Of a stretch of 64,000 nt of DNA, positions 54,679-64,000 are shown piece after piece. The notes below the pieces were generated by a model. The model made no database searches. It was not told the DNA's origin and worked only from the letters and a program-made list of their open reading frames with translations. Position numbers and translations under genes: made by a program. This stretch comes from Paragordius varius (Eukaryota; Animalia; Nematomorpha). Position 1 is the stretch's first letter. The number at the start of each line of letters is the position of its first letter. The DNA is taken from contig OZ176054.1 of assembly GCA_964247055.1 (NCBI GenBank), positions 7,378,001-7,442,000 of the forward strand, read 5' to 3'.

Positions 54679-56639
54679 ACCTGACTTGCATATAATTGTT
54701 AAAATAATGTAAAAAACCTGTAAGCATGTGTAGCATAATAATTACTGTATATTGATCGAATAAAATTATTTGCTATACAATATGCGATAATAAATGAAAC
54801 CGTATAGATTTATATTTACACAGTAAATTATCAGTTTACGGATTAAAAATTTATAACTCTATCTTAAGGGCATCACTGATTGAGCCGTTTTTTTTGAATT
54901 CAGGTGACAAGGGTTTGAAAAAAATTCCCTAAATTAAAATTTAAGTACACTTCCAAAAATCTTCAGGGCTTAATTTTTACAAAGCCGAAGGTGACAGAAT
55001 CTTTTGTAAATTTACCTCTCGAACCCTACCATCCTGCTTTTATATGCATTGATGCCTTTAAAACAATTTTCCAGTATTAGAGGCATATTTAATCACTATT
55101 TTAAAATAGCACCTAAGTTCAGACTCACCGTCCAAAAAAGGGATTATTACACAATGGAATTTGAAGCAATTTTTTTGAAAAATTGCGCCGGGAGTTTTTA
55201 AATTATTGGCCCCTCAGCCTAGCTCTTCAGTAGAAGCACTTATAAAAAATAATTTCTCTTCAATTTTTTGGAACACTTGTAGTTCTCAGTTCTAATAAAG
55301 ACACTGAGTGGGTGGACCGTGTTCTGAATTGTTAGTGCAGGAACAAAAAATGTTTTTGAACAAACATTGTTTTAGCGTTTTTCTGGAACGCTTATTCAAG
55401 TTTACTTTGAGTTTAAACACTTCATTCCCTTTTCATTTTTTCCTAGTGTGCATTTTGAGGTAGTTTTATAACATAGAGATCAATTTTGTAAATAAAGTAC
55501 AGTTTTAAAAGGTATTTTGGTTACAACTTAATTAACGAACATTGTTTCCATATATTAGATAAAAAAGCTTATATTTTTTACATTTTGTGACTTTTAGAGT
55601 CTAAAATTGGGACAGCTCGAAAACATGATTAAAATGGACAGCTGATATTGAATAAAATATATCTTTGGCCTGAAATTTTTTAAAATTTATTATTTACATT
55701 CCTACCATATTATACATCTATTTGCCTGTTGCATTAGCGATTAGAAAAAATTATAGAAAAATGGCGGCAAAAAATTTCAGGTGAGGATTTTTTTTACAAT
55801 TGTAAAATTATTAAATTTTTTGTATAATGTGCCTAAAAGTCTAAAAAAGCAAAGTTTTAAATAGGATTAGTACCTTAAATACTTTTTATTAAAATTACAA
55901 ATCGTTCTGGGATACAAAACTATTCCAAAAATAATGAGTGTTTACGACGTAGCCGTGGTAAAAGGAGTCATTTTTTAAAATTAGGCTCTTATAGAAAAAT
56001 GTATTCTACGCAATTTTTCGGGACACGTAAAGACCCATTCGAATAACTTGTTATTTCATCTTTATATACGAACCGAGAGTCACAGAGCCATTTTTGAAAT
56101 AGTAACTTAATTCAACCCCACCCCTTAAAAAAAGAAATTACTTAAAATACTGGAGTCCTAATATAATTTGGATTTTATATTTAAATGGCGAGAAGAGAGT
56201 ACTTTTTTTAAATTCTGCCCTTGATCCCCACCCTGTTTTTATATAGGTTTTATAAAAATAAATAAGTTTGAAGTATTCCAAAAAAAGATTTAGGTCCATT
56301 CACTTTTAATAATTGATTTTTATTTTGTGAAGAACTAGACTTTTGAATCAACTCCTCACTTTTGACCCACCCTCTTAAATAGATTGATTTGGCAATTATT
56401 GTTCAAAGCTATTTACGGAAAAGTAGCCTTATTTAAAATTTACTAGGTTTTTAAATAATCGAGGGCGACAGAGCCATTTTGTAGAATTAGCCGTAATGCT
56501 AGGCCTACTGAAAAATGAGACTCTTAATAAAATATTGATTTTAAAGCAATTTTCAGGAAAGCGCATGACCCTATAAAGCTAATGTGAAAATTTTAGATTA
56601 TTTATAAATTCCTCAAGGGACTAAACGATCATTTACTTT

Positions 56640-57040
56640 TTCGCATCCGGTTAGGTTTTGGTAAAAAATGTACATGACTGTGCAGTCAACAAGGATCTGC
56701 AACTCAATATAAGCGCATAAGAAATCAGAAGAAAACATTTTCAATATACTGGAATGAAGATGCTTAGATTAATTTGCGGTGCAACAAGGAAAGCCAAAAT
56801 TAAGAATTTGTATAGTAGAGGAAATACTAAAGTATCGATAACACAAAAGATTATGTGAATACTTTGATGGTTTGGACACATAGAAGGGAGAAATGGTAAC
56901 TATATCGGTAAAAAGATTTATGAATAAATTGCCAATGGTTAGAGAGGAGGAACCAATAAAACGCGACGGATACGGTTAAAAAGAAATGACAAAACTAAAC
57001 CTGAAACACGAAGAAGCTTAGATAGGGCTCTATGACGCAA
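56640..57040 (+). mobile_element. 3' fragment of an RTE-clade LINE
   Basis: MKMLRLICGATRKAKIKN..RGNTKV..WFGHIEGR..YIGKK with stops; a typical RTE C-terminal region. Confidence 0.75.
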
Positions 57041-58478
57041 TAGTCTACGAATAAACCGCTCAAATATCATATAATATATTTATTTTATCATAGTTGAAGC
57101 AATTTCTTAGAAAATGTATAGGCCCATTCAAATGTAAGCTTGATTTTTTTAATTTTACTCGGAATATGACCGAGTGATTTTTTTGAATTAGCCTCTCAGT
57201 TAAAATCCATCCTCATGCAAGTTTTCTTGAAAAATGTTGCCCTTGGCAATTTTTCAAAAAGGTAGGGTTTTAATATTTTTTTAATTACGAATGCTCCGGG
57301 GGTAGAGCCATTTTTTGAATAGCCCCTTAGCACTACCCCTGATTTTTTTGAAAATATAGTGGCTTTAAGGCAATATTAATGTCTGGCCCTATACAAATTT
57401 AATAATTACATTTTGTAATTTTAGCGGGCTAATTTAAAAATAACCACTTTTTATATAACCCATCTATTAAGGCGGCAGTAAAATCCTTGCAAAGATTTAG
57501 TGTTACAAAAATTTTTGAGGCAATTTTTCGATAAACGTTATGGTCCTACTTACTTGTCTTCAAAATTAAAGGGATTATAGATCGCTCTTTTCATAGCAGC
57601 TGGGCTGAGGCCTCTGTAAAATAAGCATTAAAGAATTTTTATGCCTATGATACTATAATAATTATAATGGTCGGCTATTTTGTGTTAATAGGGTAAGAGC
57701 TAATTTAAAGCTGTTGGTTTAAATTTTTGCGTCTATACGAGGATTGACGCGAACCATTTTTATTTTACAAAGGTTTTTTCCAAAATATAGCATCAAAAAA
57801 CGTGATTATATGGCGAAAGCAATTAACGGGCAGAATAAATTGGCGCCTTCAGAATAGAGTAAAAAATCCGCTTTTAAATTGGGCCTATACATTTTCCAGA
57901 AAATTGATTCAAAACCATTTTTCTACATTATTAAATATATAGATATATCTATGGAAAAAATTTAATCCTTATAATGGAGATTACAGTATATCAATCCAAA
58001 TATATGCTTTTCGATCCCTAACAAATCCACCCTTTGGGTCGATTTTGGAGAAGGGCAGGCTTTCGTAGCGATTAATATTAGCAATATAAGTATGTATTTA
58101 CTGGAGGTAATACAACAGTAACACATGCATTTTGGAAGCCAAATTGAATGTATTACAGTACTCTTAATAGTGAGGAAGATGGGCAGCAATATTTTTTATA
58201 GTAAGGAAATAAACATGTAAGAGCATCAAAGAATGCTGAAGAAACCGGAAATTTAATGATAAATAGGGAAAATTTATTTTTAAGTCAAAAGTTAAAAATA
58301 TTTTGCATTTTTAAGAATAAAACCTTGCAGCACTAAATATTTATCAATATATTAACAGTAACCGTATATTTTCTCATTTTTCCAAAAAAATGTTTATATA
58401 ATATTAATGAAAATAAGTATCTATAATTAATATTTAACGAGAAATTTATATTAATGAAATGTGATAGCCATTGTATAT

Positions 58479-58516
<38 letters not shown>

Positions 58517-58668
58517 CGCCTTTTTTTATTAACTTTATTTTATTACTTTTATACATGTGCTCAAATCTAAGGTAAATTTTTTATCTTAAACCGTCAATCG
58601 CTTTATTAATTTTTTCAATATACAATTAAATTGTTATCAAATCAAAGATTTGTCTTATAAATATTTTT

Positions 58669-60354
58669 ATGGAAAATTCAATTTTAACTGTAAATTCAAC
58701 AAAGGCCAATACTACCCTTTTGAAGGAAAGCACTTTAACAATATCTCAAATTCGTTCTGAAACTGATTACATATTTAACGTGTATATACTGTTTGTTTTA
58801 GCCCTCAACGGTTTAATTTGTAATAGTATTGGTATATACGTGTTAAATTCTCTAAGAAGACAGACCAAAGCGTTGGCTTATCATTATGTGGAATTTATAG
58901 CTATCTGTGACCTTTTAGTATCGATACAACAACTCCTCCGATCAATATTCGCCATTGGGCGCTACAATGAAGTAAGTTGGGCCATGAGTTACCCCGTTAA
59001 TTGGATCACGATCAAAATTCTGTTTGTAGGAATAAATTATGGTATGAAATGTAGTGTATGGCTTGTTATGTTACTTAGCATAGATCGATACATTGTTATT
59101 TGTCACGTTTTACATTACAAGGCTTGGTGTACGACTCGGAGATGTTATATAGCAATTGCCACAGTATTTATCCTATTATTTGCGTTTATGTGCCCTTTGG
59201 GTGTGAAATATAAGATTCAACGCATCCCTTGCCCGCACCATTTAACATCATTTGCGTATGCGGGAAAGCTTAATTTTACCGTAAAACGTGATTGGAATGT
59301 AACAGAAAATGGATTTCGTCCTAGAGAACCCGTTTGCTTTGGATATCAATTAAATAATTTAAGTGATGCCTACAAACTATATGACATTATTCGGGAAATT
59401 ATTTTGACCTATTTCTCCCTATGTTTTTTACTTGTCATTAAAATTCGTGTCCTAGCTGCATATAAAAGAGTTTTAACTCAAAGACCACCTAGCAATATAT
59501 TTTCTATAAGTACTCATGACAACGGTAAAATAATTCACAATGATGTTAATAAATGTGATAATTACAGTTTCAACTCTACCACTAAAACTATACCAAAACA
59601 CAACTATAAAAATCAGAATAATAATATAAAAAACCAGAATTTAGAAAATTCAAAGGACATTAATAAAAATTACGGACATTCCTATACACATTCAAACAAA
59701 TTAAATATTAATGAAGCCGTTCTGATAGAAACAGAAAGAAGAGGAGGGAAACAACCAAATGATAGTTGTGTGCCACAGTTAAACGTAGGAATGGCTAACC
59801 AAAAGGATGAAAGAATATTAAACAATTCAAACAAACCACATCCATCGTTATCAAGAGAGTTAATAATAATGGATTCGGTGCCAACCAAAAATTCTTACCA
59901 TATAAAACCTAAAATCTTGTCTCTATTTTGTCGATTGCGTCATCCAAAACAAATTTTCTCTTCTAAACATTTTGCAGATCATTCTACAATGCATAACCAA
60001 GTGAAAAATTCTATTATTTTAGGGACTCGACAACAGAAAAGCTTACATACTATTTTAAGAAGGATGGACAAAACTACAACACGCAAATATAAATGGAGAG
60101 ATCAACGTGCTTTGAATGTTATGACTTTGGCCATACTTGCCAGTTTAATCGTTTTAACGACACCTGCTTCCCTTCAACTTATCCTGGATTCCTTGTTAGG
60201 AAATGGCTGGAGAACGAAAAATAATTTGTACACGCTGATAAGTAATACGTTGGAGTTGTTAAATTATGTCATAAATTTTTACATTTACTGTTTAAGTAAT
60301 GCATGTTTTCGCGTCCATCTTATCAAAATAATTACCGTTTGTCCACGCACTTAA
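58669..60354 (+). CDS. Intronless class A (rhodopsin-like) GPCR, FMRFamide/peptide-receptor-like, 561 aa
   Basis: Seven hydrophobic segments; TM2 IAICD, TM3 SIDRYIVICH, TM7 NYVINFYIYCL; N-terminal NxS/T sequons; very long third intracellular loop. Confidence 0.93.
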   Translation: MENSILTVNSTKANTTLLKESTLTISQIRSETDYIFNVYILFVLALNGLICNSIGIYVLNSLRRQTKALAYHYVEFIAICDLLVSIQQLLRSIFAIGRYNEVSWAMSYPVNWITIKILFVGINYGMKCSVWLVMLLSIDRYIVICHVLHYKAWCTTRRCYIAIATVFILLFAFMCPLGVKYKIQRIPCPHHLTSFAYAGKLNFTVKRDWNVTENGFRPREPVCFGYQLNNLSDAYKLYDIIREIILTYFSLCFLLVIKIRVLAAYKRVLTQRPPSNIFSISTHDNGKIIHNDVNKCDNYSFNSTTKTIPKHNYKNQNNNIKNQNLENSKDINKNYGHSYTHSNKLNINEAVLIETERRGGKQPNDSCVPQLNVGMANQKDERILNNSNKPHPSLSRELIIMDSVPTKNSYHIKPKILSLFCRLRHPKQIFSSKHFADHSTMHNQVKNSIILGTRQQKSLHTILRRMDKTTTRKYKWRDQRALNVMTLAILASLIVLTTPASLQLILDSLLGNGWRTKNNLYTLISNTLELLNYVINFYIYCLSNACFRVHLIKIITVCPRT

Positions 60355-60396
60355 AAGTTGTTGTTTTAAATCCATTTCTATATGTATGAAGAAAAA

Positions 60397-60401
<5 letters not shown>

Positions 60402-60438
<37 letters not shown>
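60402..60438. repeat. (TA)n microsatellite
   Basis: Direct read. Similar tracts at about 22056, 28417, 36452, 41936, 50392, 58483 and 63034. Confidence 0.9.
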
Positions 60439-60442
<4 letters not shown>

Positions 60443-61124
60443 TAATTCCAAAAAATTTCAAAATTGTTGCCTGGATTTGGCACAGCATCATAAATGAACA
60501 ACTGTTTTGTATTAATTGTGATTTATAGTGCAAATATTATAGAATTATTATTTTATAGTAAAATAAAACTCTATGAACCAAACCATCCATATTTTTTACG
60601 ATTTGTTGACAATGAATGACTTTTATTTTTTTGACGAAACATTTAATGGCTCTCTGTGCCTATGCCTACCAATATCTGTTGTAAATTATTTATAGATTTT
60701 TTTAATTACATATAGATAGTTTTCTATAAATTTTATTATCTGCTGTAAAGAAGTGGTTTAATTTTTGGTTATAACATATAAATATAAAATAATTAAATCA
60801 TATATAAATATATATTTTATATCTATGCATACAAATGGAAAAAACTTAAAACCTGTCCAAATATCAATTAAAAAGTAGTAAGAAATTTTTCTCAACATTT
60901 TTGAATATAGACACCTACATTAAACAGGTAATAGCTCAGTATCTTATAGTATAGGTCTTTGTAAAGATGTATGTAAATGTCTTATGCAAACTTTTCTATT
61001 CAAATTGGGGTAGCTAGGGACCAGAGACTATATTTAAGTTGATAATTTTAAAAAACTACTAAAAGAAAGGGTTTAAATATAATTTATGTGTTGAACCTTT
61101 TAAATATTATATAAATAAGCCAAA

Positions 61125-61740
61125 ATATAAATAAAATTTGGTTTTGAAAAAAAATTCTATCAAATTACTTCGACGCCATTTATATTTTACAATATTCTTG
61201 AAAATATCTTGTTTATTTGATTTTAACGCTAAAATAAAGATAATTTTTATTGAATCGCATCTAACATTAATATAAACTGCATTATTTTTAAGTTTAGCAA
61301 TGTCATGTTGACTACATTCCTTAATATTTTTCCAAGAAATAAGTATTATTAAGTTTTTTTAATTAAAATTTTTTATGTTTCGGTTCATCAATGTTATATA
61401 CAGTCATGTATCTTTTATATCAAAAATTTATTTTTTCGTTAAATGAGTAAAAATATTTGGTAATTAATGGAAAAAACAAGAGTTCTATGGTAATTCTTAC
61501 ACTTTTTAATGAATATGATATTGTTAATACATAGAGCTTTTGTTTTTTCTATTATTTACCATATTTATACCCATTCGAAAGAAAATAAATTTTTAATAAA
61601 ATAAAGGATATATGACTGTAAAATTACAAACTTTTGCAACCTCAACTCATTCCATATTTTTAAAAATATTTGATTTTAAACAGGCCTGTGGTCGCCAAAG
61701 ACCCAATTTGAATCGGATGACAGATATTAATGTGGTGGGG
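61125..61740 (+). repeat. Dispersed repeat, homologous to 29470-29915
   Basis: Same shared blocks as 29470-29915, with an internal insertion. Confidence 0.7.
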
Positions 61741-63029
61741 ACAAGTGTTAACTAAAATTATAAATTAAAGGATGATGGTATTTTAATACACATTTGTTTT
61801 TAAAATTCTAAAAATGCTTAAATTATATGTGACTTTTTGGGGTTAAAAGCCATTTCAGATTTTACTATTTAATCTCTGAAATCAATGGGACTCACACCGC
61901 GGCCCACGGATTTTATAAACAGTTGTATACTTGATCAGATAGCTTTATTTACAAAATAATTAATATCTCAATCTCGGATTTCTAATTTTGAAAACCAAAA
62001 TTTATATTTTGTCTAAATCAATCGGTGTTTTCTGATTCAGGGGTCACATCCCCCTCTCTAAAATAAAACCATTTATTGGTTATAAAGATTTTCTTTGATT
62101 TTTCTGAAATGTCCAAATCATAGTAAAAACAATACAATAAAACAAAAATTTCCTAAATAACTGGAAATCGTTTTCGAAATTACGCCTTTGTATCTGCAAA
62201 ACATTTAAAAGCTTTTTAAGGTGGTTTTACATGGTTTAATTTTATCTCGATTCTATATATTTAGTTTTATATTTTATATACGCTAACTGTTGATAATGGT
62301 TAGTAAAGGAAAGGTCATGTTATTTATATATTTTAATTGATTGTGTCAAGTATTTAATTATGAAGACATTAAGAGAATTTCATGATAAGACGTGCTTTAT
62401 CAAATATGAATAAGCTGTAACTGGTTTTAAGGATAGAGCAGTGGTACTTAAACCGCGGCACACTGGCCGCATGCGGCCGTCAAAATGTCTTTTTAGTGGC
62501 CCTAAATTATTTATTAATTTTAATAAACTTATTTTGAGGAAAAATATCCGCAAATGTGTCAAACAACTATGAAATATTTATCAGTATTGGATGGTGTAGG
62601 GACCTTCAAATTTTGTTGGGTACAAGTGTGATCTAATATTTTCTGGGCAATAATATGACCTTGAGACGGAATAAAGATTGCGGGAAAAAAAACCGGTGGG
62701 ACACTCTTATAATCCAATATTAGTATCTGGTTTGAATCATTTAGCATTCTTAAAAGTTTTACATGGGACAAATTAATCATTTTAACAATACAAGGTGCAA
62801 GCTGACCAATTTTTTTATGAGTATACGAAATCACCGCATAGTATTTATTTTCCACCAATATTTATATGTGCGACATTATCGGTTATCATATGTCATAGGA
62901 AATCTAACTTTTGGGCTGTTAAGTTTTCATTAGTTCGATTACTTTTGTATTAATAAATCCAGGCTAAAATGATTTAGCAAGTAATTTTGGCATCTTATAG
63001 ATATGGTATATGATGTTTAATTGGTTAAA

Positions 63030-63064
<35 letters not shown>

Positions 63065-64000
63065 CAAATTATTATTGTTTACTCAGCAAACAAATAAACA
63101 TAAGACATGTATATAGGGGGTTACCACCTACATACCTTTAAATATTTTCTTAATATGATCAACTTGTGCCCAAAAATTTTGTTGATAACGTTGCCATTTT
63201 TATTCCAATATTTTGTTGGATTTATTCGATGCAAGAGTAATAATTATTTAAATATAATAATAATCGTAAATTAACTAGTTGAAAAAAATAACTATTTCCT
63301 TTAGCAAAGGAGGGATCAGATTCCGAAAGGTTTGAATAAAATCGGATCGAGAACCATCAGCGTTTTTAAAAAGCCGTTTTGGAAAATGGAGAAAAAATTA
63401 ATTTTAGATATCTTATACAAATTATTCGTTTTAATGTTGTTTTTTTTTAAAATTTATCTTAGAATGTCATATATTTTTGGCTTTTATACGAAATATTCCT
63501 GCCAATTTATATAGTTTTTGTGGGTTCTTTTCACACTTTATTATAATATTTTGGCTATTTGTTAATTGTAAAAAAATGGGCTGAAACAATCTGTGTATTG
63601 ATTAAATTTGTGTTTAGTTATTTATTCCAATTATCTGCATAAAATTTTATAACTGTTTTAAAAGTTGCAAAAACCGATTGCGGAATTACTCCATCGCGGC
63701 TTTTTTACATCGTGATAATTCAATTTTAGTCCAGCCTTTATACTTTTAAAATTTATTATCAACCTATTACTCAATATTGTATATAAAAAATTCTCTAGTT
63801 TATATTTCATAGAAGAGCGGGTTAATTTAAAATAGGCGGATTTAAAGATTGGTCAATCGTAAAAAACTACTAAATACATCAATAATATGTTTTTTTAAAT
63901 TACTGCGCATCTTTACAGTATGCATTTTAATTGTTGCTTATTTCACACTATAGTTTGGTAATTCGCAACACAGTAGTTTATGAAAACCACAATAAAATAT

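Overview
AT-rich (roughly 20-25% GC by eye), intron-containing animal genomic DNA. I found no prokaryotic features, rRNA, tRNA or CRISPR array. Gene models below were spliced by hand from GT-AG sites and phase matching, and protein family calls come from recalled sequence similarity, not database searches. Genes: (1) a minus-strand gene with six near-identical 66-aa repeats and a hydrophobic C-terminus (5413-7399); (2) FHIP1/FAM160A-like, about 21 exons (7692-20145, +); (3,4) two intact tandem paralogs of an unrecognised 194-aa protein with PP1-docking-like motifs and an ETRV C-terminus (25411-28950 and 40506-43076, -); (5) a C6orf89-like/cupin-like membrane protein (45872-49987, +); (6) NSUN4 (50470-54678, -); (7) an intronless class A peptide-type GPCR (58669-60354, +). 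An old tandem segmental duplication (about 16945-32869 and 32870-45812) occupies the middle. It leaves a truncated FHIP pseudocopy and allows filled-versus-empty site comparison of insertions. Best leads: a minimal type I hammerhead ribozyme inside a 270-bp inverted-repeat insertion with a 14-bp target-site duplication (21096-21379); 22-24-nt introns in conserved genes; the PP1-motif paralog pair, each followed by a strand-asymmetric ~140-bp satellite; and the 66-aa repeat protein. MITEs, a Helitron-like element and decayed RTE-type LINEs are also present.
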